In this document: positions 25,101 to 35,387 of the stretch, in pieces | Position numbering within the stretch: the first letter of the stretch is position 1 | Layout of the letters: the number at the start of each line of letters is the position of its first letter | Origin: Diplonema japonicum | Lineage: Eukaryota; Protista; Euglenozoa: Diplonemea | Reading direction: 5' to 3' | Assembly (NCBI GenBank): GCA_964019335.1 | Contig: OZ025680.1 | Span: 372,001-436,000 of the forward strand | Length of the DNA: 64,000 nucleotides | Made by a program: the position numbers and the translations under genes | The notes under the pieces: model-generated | The model's input: only the letters and a program-made list of their open reading frames with translations | What the model was told of the DNA's origin: nothing | The model's database searches: none

Positions 25101-25194
25101 TCCTTACCGCCCCCACGCCATTTTTGCTTCGTAGAAGTACTACGCTGCACTTCACTTGCAGCAGCGTTCCCTCTCGCACCGGCGAGACTGGCAT
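22174..25194 (-). CDS. Hypothetical coiled-coil protein (~1,000 aa) with repeated ExxARxxIxxE motifs
   Basis: Long ORF; likely start MPVSPVREG at 25194 after an A-run. Acidic tract and heptad-rich region. Possible in-frame 30-nt intron (GTGAGC...ACGCAG) near 22375-22404. Confidence 0.7.
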   Translation of the reverse strand: MPVSPVREGTLLQVKCSVVLLRSKNGVGAVRKGEEAIARGGILFTANAMEVQVELHGRLVGGLLAKGNHLRSSGKISKNGLLPNIFPAHVGTRTADMLLLFTSPSVLDEVLQHMAHLRPVKTRSEIILSAFLNFRFPWVNPDVLSHLLSPSDGDTHAVPHTGEPKDHEQPPTAHSRVHSRERLSIKAKWRRDHVVHHVLQHDELVALRNRQPYERSVFLWKERLLDTTLQDQAKARLAAVPAFQEILDKQREEIRIQNPTTLSLSTQVLLLTDKEDTKRFRIKRNEIFEASELRKAFDLEARTIAEFAREVQQLHEAFDVKLADAIFLKSLKDKKPDRRGTLCPPHTKFAALMLSERVCRVSLLPQTMVEEQEELLRLNIVDEQAHFFDVVTYYTEALFPECNEHVLRTVDILEESARARIRQEEIVQRIVVLAGVAKDMAIDTNGNMPVCTSPVITTPPPAVATVTQRLTYSPMSESPVSYVQDSDDDDMMSDESHCMDVVEEEEVIEEEEEEVLVYDSLSSSSSEPMTPCTVCTRFPPKPPQRMPTWGACSVGTDASMLLQDSMEHHELACDAINTVHNEAGVRSAACKVAEQRIFTMATQAWCFKFAENLYTEEELAREQKGTVEFFRQLTTTLDKKQNAREALYVRELRMSLDMLHSEAGERLLLLDRLVGYEVLRRKMREAGNDLVDREREIAVLADADPDTPELYGMFRPLKDLEVKSVERLKVIEAEEQDTASRLMDEYRWMEMRGIAAEQRLLARAEGLEDDVTGLYERLGGLCSEVAEVEEDVDVLKKAKATLQDTMHKEKAAHNEEIEGEVRKADKTELQLHALRDEIGAMNREMKQGLDFVNKDCAGLCTTECNMWAGSLAALLSIEASARAILEAQWMEQCPAPLPPPARRVCSTDASAAMIPVLLELISYESARQLQVSRTLTHTTQQRDCMMPSGTAFSFLQMNETSARDDIENEHCEGLLRFYNPLLCTLYFFSAKLAAPSPHSFTPQQAC

Positions 25195-26519
25195 TTTTTT
25201 TCTTTTTTTTTTTAATGTCCGCCGTCCCTTCCCAACTGGTACCGGGTGGGTTCCCTTTGATTGTTTGTTGTTCAAGCTAATGTTCAAAAAAAAAAAAAAA
25301 AAAAAGAATAATAATGAGGATAAGAACAAATTTGGCAAACGTAATAAACAAGGGACAAGAAAAGAAGAAGGGAAGGGGAGGGGAGGATATAATAATAAAA
25401 AAAAGAAGGGTGAAGTCAATAAGAAGAAAAAAAAGGGGGAGGGGGGTGGGGGTTTATGTGAAGATAACAGGAAGGGGGAATGGAAGCCGAACAATAAGAA
25501 AAAAACCTAAACATACTTTAAAAGGAAGAAGAGGGTTAAAAGGGGAAAAGGGTGGGGGGGGGGGGGGGGCACAATCAAAGTTCTTTTTTCTTTTGCTTCT
25601 TTTTTTTAAAACTAGTGCCGCATCATTCCCAACCCAGTATTTTTATGTTAAACTTGGGAGAGGAACTGAACGAAGCAACACCATACCCTTATTCTTACCC
25701 CTATGGGACGGGGGACCTTTTCTGAAGAACCGAAAAAAAGAAAATTACAAATGAAACAAATACCGAAGGCGCGAAGAACCGCCTCGACGCTTGTCCATGA
25801 TTTCTTTTCTTTTTTTTTTTCTTTCTGTTGTTTGCCCGATATTCGCTTTATTTATTTATTTATATTTTTTTTTTTCTCCTTCTCCTTTTCCCTTCCCTCC
25901 TAGGTTTTTATGACTTTTTTTTTCTCTTTGGGCACTTTTCTCCATTCAGTTTTTTTTTATGAGTCATGCACCAACATAGAAGTAGAAAGTAAAAAGGGAA
26001 AAAAAAAAAGAAAAAAAAAGAAGAGAAACTACGTTCTCAGACAGACATCTTAGGGTCTGCTCGGTTCGGGAATTTTTTTTCTTTGGTCGCAATAATTAAA
26101 TAAAAGGAAAAAGGGCATCATACTGAAAGGGGGAGTGGGGGGGGGGGGGGGGGGTAAACTTACGACGATTTGTATTTATTGAAAAAAAGCACACATTAAC
26201 TTTTTTCTTTTTGAAATTTCCTTTTTTTTTTCTCGGCGCACAATGCAAATGGCAAATGTTAAAAAGAAAAAGAGAGGGGAACGTCCCGAAAAACTTCGCT
26301 TAACTTTCCCCGTCCCCTATGCACCGCACGAAATCGACAAAATAAATTTTGATTCCAAATTATTATTTTTTTAAAAAAAGGTTGTGCATTTTTTTTTTCT
26401 TTGCTTTTTTTCTTTTTTTTTTTTTTGCACATAATTTTCAGCTGCTCCCTGGTCAACGAGGCAACTGAGGTGTGATTTGGAGGGGCAAAAAAATTTTTAA
26501 ACTATTCTTTTAAGGTATG

Positions 26520-26797
26520 CGTTTTTGCGCTCACCGGCCGAGCTGCGCTTAGTCGCCGTTGTCCCCGTTCTGGGGGCTCTGGCGGGTTCCTACTGCGGTG
26601 GTCATACTGCGGGGCAGCCTTGTCGGTGTCCGCGACAGGTACCTGTCCCGCAAGCCTTCGATGCTACTCATGGTTCGTTCCGGGAGTACTGGCCTCCTGT
26701 CATACCCGTGTGTGGTCGGTCCTCCGATACAGCGTAGGGAGTTGACGCGCTCCACTCGCGCCGCTGGGAACGCTACCCCTCTGCCATCAGCGTGGTT
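26520..26797 (+). ncRNA. Candidate structured ncRNA (GC-rich island in an AT-rich spacer), family unidentified
   Basis: Several hairpins with plus-strand G-U pairs (CGCCG/TGGCG, GTCCCC/GGGGGC, CTTGTCG/CGACAGG), a 14-bp palindrome GACAGGTACCTGTC, and no convincing protein in any frame. Confidence 0.35.
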
Positions 26798-27351
26798 TAA
26801 AAAAAAATAGGGAGAAAAAAAAAAACCCCCCATACAGTCAAAGCTTGACACTCACTCTTTGATTTTCTTCTCCCTCCCTCAATAGGGTAAGAAGATGGGG
26901 GAAAAAAAAAAAGAGGAATAAATAATACAGTACTTTTGACCGGAATTTAAAAAAAAAAAAAGAGGGAGAAAGGAGACAGAGGAAAAAATGGGGAGCAAAA
27001 AAGAAAATACTGTATTCTGCACGATAAGTAAAAGACGTTCAAATTTTTGCTCTTTCTCTTCTCTCCCCCCCCCTCCCCCCCCTTCTCCCTCTCCTCATTT
27101 CTTTTTTTTTCTTCCTCATAAGAAATCTTGTTACCATCTTCACACAAAAAAAACAGGGTGGGAGTGGGAGTGGGAGGGGAAGAGAAGTGGGGAATTGGTA
27201 GGGAAAAAAAAATTAGGGGAGAAAAACACAATATATATTTTTTTTTCCATCTCTCTCTTTCCTTTTTTTTTCTTTTATGTTACAGAACATAGAAACAAAA
27301 TAAAAATAAAAAACACATTTACAAAATAAAAGATGGGGGGGGGTAAAAAAT

Positions 27352-28672
27352 CTAGTAAAGGGTGGTTATCTCCCCACTTGCAGACAGGTTTCGGCTAACT
27401 GTTGAAACGCATTGAGAAAGGGAGCGCCGTGTCTTCTTGTCATCGAAGGGGCTTTTGGATTGGAAACAGTTTGAGGAAGATCTGCGGTAAAGCTTTGTCG
27501 GCAAGGAAATAGGAGGGGCGAAAGACGCCTTCCCTGTATCGGCCGACATTATATTCCCCGTGCTATTATTGTACATGTTCAAGGGGGTTCTTCTAGCTGC
27601 TGTAATGTGCACTCCAGGTTGCTGAGCCTGACCGCTCCCTCTAGCACTTAAGGGCATGCTACCACTCAGTTCTAAGTCGTCCAGCCCATCTGCTGTTGAA
27701 AGCCAGATTGCATATTTTCGAACGAAATTCACTTGATTCTGGCTCTCAACCGCCCTAGGGTCACGCCTTTTCCTGACAGTCGCGATTGCCTCGTCTGCTG
27801 TCTTCACTTCCCGGACCCGGAGCAACGCACATGCAGCGAGAAGTCCTTTTTTTTTTTTTTTTTTTTTTTTTTTGAAAAAAAAAAAATAACATACCCGCCC
27901 TGCCCACACCGCCTCTACAGTGTACCAAGACGCTTTTGCACTGTTTCACCTCTTCGATGACCGGTTGGATCACACTTTCATCGAAGCTTGCGCAGTCCGT
28001 CGGCGCTGCCATCTCTATCATCGGGTACTGCACGTACTTGATCTTCGACACCTTGCAGCACTCCACGTACTGTTCCGGCTTCACTCCGAGCGTCCTCAGC
28101 TCTGCGTTGTTCAAAAGGCACACCACCATGGAGAGGCCCGCCCTTTCCTTCACAGACAACAGGTCTTGTTTCAAAGACCGCGCGTAGGCTTTTCCATTCC
28201 GCCCTTGTTTCATTTTCTTCCCCGGGCACACGGATAGGAGGATCGACCCACCATCCTCGCTCATATAAGCACAAGAGCTTTTGAAAGGGTTCGCAGTCGA
28301 TGTCTCAGTGCGCTGTACTGGGAGTGGTGATGGGCTGGGGCGGCGGCTTGGAGGAATGGGCGGTGGTGCTGTGAAGCTAACGCTTTTCTTTATTTTTTCC
28401 CGTTCCAAGGCACAGCTTTTGCTTCTCGTCTTGGTCTCTGTTGTTCGTGTTGCGGGTGATGCAGGTGGCGTGCTTGCTGTTTTCTTTTTTGCAGTAGTAT
28501 AAGGTGGCGGGACCGCCCTCTTTATCACCCTCTTCTGCGTTCCACTAATCACCCTTGCAGGCACCACAACACCAAACGTGCTCGTCTGCGCCCTACATGG
28601 AGGCGAGCCGCTCCTGTTCGCACCCAGGAGACGACCCCTCTTGCTGAAGGTCTCCATCGTTAGAACAACCAT
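27352..28672 (-). CDS. CDKN3/KAP-like dual-specificity protein phosphatase, 2 exons, ~423 aa
   Basis: CPGKK...RSLKQDL and catalytic HCRGGVGRAG-LLAAC joined across intron 27846-27894, followed by AIATVRKRRDPRAVESQNQVNFV. Confidence 0.85.
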
Positions 28673-28939
28673 CCTGCTGGAAAAAGTTGATTTTTTTTTC
28701 TTTTTCTTTTTTTTTTTTTTTTTTTTTTTTTTATGGTTTGCAAAAAAAAAAAAAAATCAGAAAAAGAAAAGAAAACGTAGAAAACAAAAATCAGATCCTA
28801 CAAAAATAGTTTTTCCCCCCTCGTCAGGTTGTGCATCGGTTCGGGGGAATAAAATATTTCGGGACAAGCGCAGTTTTCTCCTTTTTTTTTTTTTTCTTCT
28901 TGAATCCACTAAGGACACTAAGCTGGGGGGTTCGGGCGC

Positions 28940-29396
28940 TTAGTCGAAAAGACCGAAGCCCATGTCATCGTCCTCCTCGGACTCCTCCTTGGGGGCCTGT
29001 GTTTTATTTTATTTTTAAGAAAACCATTCTTCCATACCGCAGCGGCCGCAGGGGCAGATGCGCCACCAGCAGCGGCGGCAGGGGCAGCGCCACCACCACC
29101 ACCACCACCAGCGGAGATCTGTGATATTTTTTTCATATTTTTTCAAAGAAAAATAAAAATTTCATACGTTGCTGAGCAGGTCCTTCAGCTCAATGCTGCC
29201 CAGAAGCTTCTCGAAGGTAGCGGCCTGGTTGCTCTTGACGGTGACACCCGCCGCCTGTGTTTTTTTTTTTTTTTTAAACTCTCCTTCCCTATACCTTGCA
29301 AGCAGCGGTGATGTTCGCTGCAGACTTGTCAACAGCGCAGTCCTCGCAGATGAGGGCAGCGTACATGCACGCAACTTCAGTAGTGGCAAGCGACAT
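28940..29396 (-). CDS. RPLP1: 60S acidic ribosomal protein P1, 4 exons, 108 aa
   Basis: MSLATTEVACMYAALICED...; Ala/Gly hinge; C-terminal EESEEDDDMGFGLFD. Introns 29255-29294, 29119-29167, 28997-29037. Confidence 0.95.
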
Positions 29397-29541
29397 TTTG
29401 GTAGTTGACGTCGGGGACAGAGTCTGAAGAGGTGCGGGAGGGAGGGAGGAAAATAGAAAGAATGAGAATAATGTGGATGTGATGGAAAAAAAAGAGAGAG
29501 AGGGGAAATGACCATATGATACAAGACTTTTTGTTTCACGA

Positions 29542-29907
29542 CTATTTCTTCGTTGCAGTTTTCTTCTTGATGACAGACAACTTCCGTCTCGCAGCCTCTT
29601 CCAGCGCTGCCTTAGCCGCGTCACACTTCACTTCACCAATCGGCTTGTCGAAGTTTTCGTAAATGTCGTGTGCAGTAGCAGTTCCGATGCGGTACTTCCG
29701 CTTCTTCTTCAGTCCGTGCGGCATCTTCATCAGCTTACCGTGTGCCATGTGACCCTTCACCGCTTCCTGTTTATTGATGTTGATGGGGTTTTTTTTTTTT
29801 TCCCCTTGTTATTAAACTACCGTTATTTTCTTCGGTGGGTTCCCCGCTTTCGTTGCCTCCTCCTGTGCAATCTTCTTCTTCTTCCTCGCCAATGTTTTTG
29901 ATACCAT
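29542..29907 (-). CDS. Small Lys-rich protein, 2 exons, 103 aa, function unknown
   Basis: Intron 29767-29820 joins MVSKTLARKKKKIAQEEATKAGNPPKKIT to EAVKGHMAHGKLMKMPHGLKKKRKYRIGTATAHDIYENFDKPIGEVKCDAAKAALEEAARRKLSVIKKKTATKK. Confidence 0.75.
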
Positions 29908-30072
29908 TTTTTTTTTCTTGTGTTGTGTGTCTAAAATTTGTTTCGGTGGGTAATACCCGGTGGGGGGTGGGGGTAAAATAGTAGTAGGGACGGGGGGAGA
30001 GGACACCAAAAAAAACAAGTGATATAAAAAATTTTGCACTTCCATCAAATTCACATTCTAACTACCACGTGT

Positions 30073-30923
30073 TTAGATCATGCGGGCAAGAAGAGCGCTG
30101 TGAGGTGTTTGGGCAACTACAAAAAATAATAACATACTTGATGAGAGTCTCACGGTTGCCGTAGTCACCGCCCTCGACGAAGTGGGAGTTCTTGTACTTG
30201 ATACCACCGTTGGGGGTGCTCAGCTTGAAGGGCCAAAGGGTGTGGGCCACCTGGCTGAAGTGCTCACCCGAGGTGAGGAGCTGGTTGACAACGTCCTCGC
30301 TGCACATCACGGCACCCTTGGTCTTCTTCTCAAGAGCCTCCTCAACCACCTGGGTGAAAAAATGTTGGGAGGGGGGGGTAATCATACAGCGTTCTCAGAG
30401 ATGGGGATACGGTTGCCCTTCACCGACAGGTAGCCACGCTTGTACACCAGGGAGCGGACGGTGCTCAGGGAAGGGTATCTAAAGGATTTTTATTTAGTGT
30501 ATTTTTATTATTATCATACCCCCAGGCAACGAAGGCCTCAACCTTCTTCAGCATGTTGAGGGTGGCCTTGTTCAGCCTCACGAAGACACCAGTGTGGAGC
30601 TGCCTCAGACGGAGGAGTTGCAAGATCTTCCTGGGCTTGGGGGCGACGTCGTTGATACCCCTGATCCTCACCACGAAGGCGATCTTTGCGCCGGGCTCGC
30701 TGAAGAAGTTACCCTCCTTCTGGGCGGTCAGCTTCATGGACTTGAGCGTGTTGGCCTCAGCCTTGTACTGCTTGTTGTAAAGGGCAGCCTTCTTCATGTA
30801 CTGGCGGCGCTTCTCAACAGCGGACTCAGCCTTCTCAGCACCGGCGGCGGTGGCCTTTGCGGAGCTCTTGGCGGCAGCAGCCTGCGCCTTCTTCTGCTTC
30901 TCAGGAACGGGAACACGGGGCAT
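30073..30923 (-). CDS. RPL7: 60S ribosomal protein L7 (uL30), 4 exons, 243 aa
   Basis: AFVVRIRGINDVAPKPRKILQLLRLRQLHTGVFVRLNKATLNML, WGYP, LWPFKLSTPNGG, HFVEGGDYGNRETLINALLARMI. Introns 30479-30519, 30350-30387, 30098-30137. Confidence 0.97.
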
Positions 30924-31126
30924 TTTCCTTGCTTTGGATGGAAATGAACAACTTCTGCGGTGGTTGACGTTACTTGGCAAAAAAGAAATGAAATAACAAT
31001 AAGTTCAGGAGAAAAAAAAGGAGTACTCTTTAATATTCTGTACAACAACGAATCACTCTAAGCGGGAGGGGAGGGGAGGGATGCCTGGTCTGTAAAGTCC
31101 CAGCAAAAATGATTACTTTAACTATT

Positions 31127-34100
31127 TTACTTCTTCTTCGCTTTCTGTTGTGTCGACAGTCCTCCCGACGCCTTCTGAGGAAGCAGCACCGGAGGGCAAA
31201 GCGGTATGTCGGGCACGCACATCTGTTTGGGTTTTTAAAGAAACATGACCACACCGTAGACTCGCAACGTGGTGTACCAGACAGCTTTTTCAGGAGAAGT
31301 GAGAAAGAAGCGTGCATAGACTGACCCAACTTGATGTGGAGAGGGTGCTTGTTGGGGTGGTTTGCATTTTGCTTGTCGAAGATGATGCATCCCAGGAGGA
31401 CGAGGATGTGCACGTACTCGTGGTACAGAATAGGTATGTTCGCAAAGATTACCTCATGTGGCAAGGGTCGTATGGGGACCGAGGGCGAAGGTGGTGGGAA
31501 CCACGTAACGTCGGCTTTGATCTCATCACGCTGCACGAGAAGGGTCTTGATCTCCGGTGAGAGTGCCTCCTTTGGTACCATCGTCTCCTCAAAGTCTCCA
31601 CAGGAGAAGTCGTTCACACTGCGGATGCTGCGCAGTGTTGCCTGCCGTGTTTGGCAGACAGGTACCGCAGGCACTGCCGCTGCTGGCGGCACACTCGCTT
31701 CCTTGACATCGCTCCGCCTCGCAGCTATCAAATCCAAGTTGACATTCATCACGTACCACAGACATGGCCGTAGTAGTTTCATCACAGGCTGTGTGCTGCA
31801 GCAATTATTCTCCTCCTCTCCGTGTTGCTGCACCACTGCATCCATGTCATTGAGCTCCGCCTCCATTTGGAGTGCTACCTGCTCGTTTTTCTCCTTCACA
31901 AGCTTGCAGGCCAGCCGTTTGATCTTCATGTCCAACGTTTGTTTGTTGCTAACTGTCCCCACCAAGGAGTAGTCGCGCATGAGACGTGCCAGGCTCTGCA
32001 CCGAAAACATGTTGCCCTTGCTGCTCTTGCTGTACTTCGTGTACAACCTGATCAGCAGATCCGAGCCTGCAGCAACCTTGTCTAGTACGGGGGCCGCTCG
32101 CAGCAGGACCCCCACATCAAGGTCCGCTGTCAGTCTGTTCGGCAACTCGAGAGTATTCAGCATCCCTTTGGCCTGGTTACACTGTTCCAAGGTTATCACC
32201 GGATCCTCGCTGCGAGAAGATGCTTCTTGCTGCTGCTGGTTCCACTCTTCGATCACATCTTTTGCGTCTTGGTACGCGTTCCAAGCCTCACGGTGGCGCG
32301 CATCCCATTCCCGCTCTCTGTTGTACGCCACGGCATTCTGAAGGCCAAGACACACTGACGAGTACCCGTCACGGGTCTCTGTGTAGATGGTGCCGTTCGG
32401 GGTGTCAGACCAGGGGGAGGTGACTGTTGTGGTGGTTAGTGTGATGGATTCTCCGCCGCATTTCTGCGTCTTGTCGTTCACACTCACGTGCGGTATGTCG
32501 CTCTTCTTCCTTTTCCGCGTCTCGCAGTCCACATCTACCTGCGTACTCCTGGGCGTGTCGATTTCTTGGTTATCCTCTTTCCCCTTGCCCTCCTTCTCAG
32601 TCTTGGAGGGTACTGGTATTGACAGCACTGCACTCGACGGCCGAGGCTTCTTTATCTTCTTCACTTCTGTCGTTATTTTGTGCGTGATATTCGCCGGTAC
32701 AGGTTGCACCAGCGTCGGCAGCCCCAACAAGGGACCTGCAGGGGACTCACTCGCAATACTCAAAGCATCTACCAGCGGCTGGATGTACATGCTTAGAAGC
32801 CATAGCACCCGATCACGCAGGCTTAGATTCTTGCTTGCATTGTTATATGTGTGCGCGACAGTGTACTTAGCCTTCACATGTGCAATCCTAATGAGACATT
32901 GCACGAAGACGGGAAACACGACTGTGGTTTGAGGGTCGTCAGGATCGTCCTCCTGTTGCCGCTTCACCTTTGCGATAAAGCCCTTTCTATAAATGTTCGA
33001 AGATGGCACCTTGCTGCTGTCGGGTGAAACCGTGAGCGTGGTGGTTTGAGGTGACCTTGAAGCCATAGACTGCCTCCTTGAGCGGGTGGTAGAGGTTTCA
33101 GACCTTCTCTTGCCTTTTTGACGGGATGTCCTTTGGCTGAGCGTCTCGGAGGAATCGCTACCCTCCTCGTCTGATGATAAACACGTGAGGTCATCTCGGC
33201 ATTGGGGTTGCTTTGCAAGTGTTTTGGCTAAGACTCTATTGCACTTCCACAAAGGCAGGCCAGCATCAGTGATGCCCGACTCTTTGAAAATAGACCACAG
33301 TTGATGCAGGCGCAGCATAGTGGATGGTTCCTCTGTAATTACCACAGGGGACACAATGGCCGAGTAGACACCCGGATCTGGCGATGGTCCCGGAGTGATC
33401 TCATGTACAGTGCCTGCAGTGTTCGGGCGGCTGTTTAACGCCACTTTCTTGCTCATCTCAATAGCATCAGCAGCTATCAAGTGCGTAGCATCGTGCAACT
33501 GTGCCAGCAACACCTCCCTTCTCGGCTTATGCATGTGCCCTTGTGGCGGCTTCACTAACTTTCGCTTTATAAATTCAGGCTCGTAACAAAACGCAGCCTC
33601 CTTGGCCGACACCATAGAAGCTCTTGCTTTTTTCTGTATCATCTTCTCGTACCTAATTCGCTTCCTATCGCTCTTGCGCATGTCGGAGGGTGTCTTTAGT
33701 GGGATGGATGTTCCCACCGTTGCGTAGAATTTGTACAGAAACTTGAGCTGTGGGAGGTTGCGTGTCAGTAGATCCTTCACCTCTTTATACTCCACCTGCT
33801 TGTCTGCTTCGTTGCAGTCAAGGGACTCGTCTATCCCAAGCCCTATGGCTTCGCCGTATTCCTGCTCGTTGATCGTCAGGCCTTGTGTCTCCGTGCAGTA
33901 CTTCACTGTTCCTGGTTCCACGGTGCACAACCCTGCTTTCAGCACTCTTTTTGCTTGTATAACGTTGTCCAGCAGTGTGAGGACCTCCACTTTGCCGCAG
34001 GGATGCACGAGGACACCAGAACCCTGCTTAACATTATTCACCCACGTACCTTCAAAGACCACACCGTCCGCAAGGGTCAGAACGCCTTTGCCGTTCCTTT

Positions 34101-35010
34101 TGCCTTCTGTGAACCATCCTTTATACGTGTTCTCTCCATGAAGAGGGGTTTCCATCCCAAGCAGGGAGGTTCCCACACCCGCTGATCTCGGGAGATGCGT
34201 TCGTGGGCGTGCTTTGCAAAGCCAGCTGTAAATACCGTACCCATTGGGTTTGCTTTCCTTCCACTGACCTTCATATGTCTCGACACGACCGGTTTGCGCA
34301 TCGGAACCTGCCGTTGCCAACCCCGAAAGGAACGGGAGGGACGTGTTGACCACTTGAACATCGTCGCTGTCTGCAACGTCGAAGCTTTCGTTGGCATGAG
34401 TTTCAAGGAGCACACGATCCTTGCTGTACAACACCGTCCCTGCGGAGGCGGGCGGGCCGGGTATCAACCACTGCATGACCCCGTAGCCGGTCATTTTGTC
34501 GGTTTTCCATTCACCTTCATAAGTAGACCCACTCTCAAAGGTCATGATGCCCCACCCGTTTTTCATGCCGTCTTTGAACTCACCCTTATAGTAGTGTGTG
34601 CTGGTGCTGTTGTAGTATAGGATACCCAGCCCGCTCTTCAACCCCTGCTTCCACTCGCCTTGGTAGATGATAGATCCTTTTGTGAAGACACCCTTGCCGT
34701 GGCGCTTGCCGTCCATGATCTCCCCGTTGTACTGTCCGCCATCAGGCCACGTGTAGGACCCGATGCCGTCGATGACGTTGTCCAAGAAGGCGCCTCTGTA
34801 CTGTATGGTGTCGCCCCATGTGAAGGTACCCGTCCCGTGCAGCTTCCCGTTCACGAGGCTGCCCTCGTACATGTTTTCGTTACAGAATTTTATCGTTCCT
34901 GTCCCATGGTACCTGTTGTTCTCCAGTCCGCACTCGCTTGTCACAATGTGCCCCGCCACACCCACCGTCATCCCTGTCGCGCATGACATGATGTCGTCAT
35001 CTTCATTCAT
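31127..35010 (-). CDS. MORN-repeat protein, possibly radial spoke head 10B-like, ~1,283 aa
   Basis: About 10 MORN repeats (YxGxWxxGxxxGxG) at the N-terminus. A 32-nt intron at 31223-31254 gives the C-terminus MCVPDIPLCPPVLLPQKASGGLSTQQKAKKK*. Confidence 0.8.
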
Positions 35011-35387
35011 CTCTGCAAGAAAGTTAACAGTTCGGGGAATACAACAAACTAACGGGAATTACCAGATGGGGGAAAAATAGTTAACTAAGAGATAAACAAC
35101 TGCTATTCAGCACAACGGAGTCCGAGAGAGTATGAGGGTGGGGAATCCTTGAGGGAAGGGGGCTGTGTGCTCTGATTGCGACCTCTCTATATCTACCACT
35201 TGGTATGTTGTCATGATGTACATTGGGGGGTTCCTGGGGAAGGATACCAACGGTCGAGGAGAGAGCAGAAAGCAAAGCCTGTGCGTGTGTTGAAAGCGCA
35301 TTGGCACATCTTCCGCTCTATTTATCGCAGTAGCAAAAAAGGGAAGTGATAAGAAAACAAAGAAAAGGTCGAACGGCTAACACTGAT

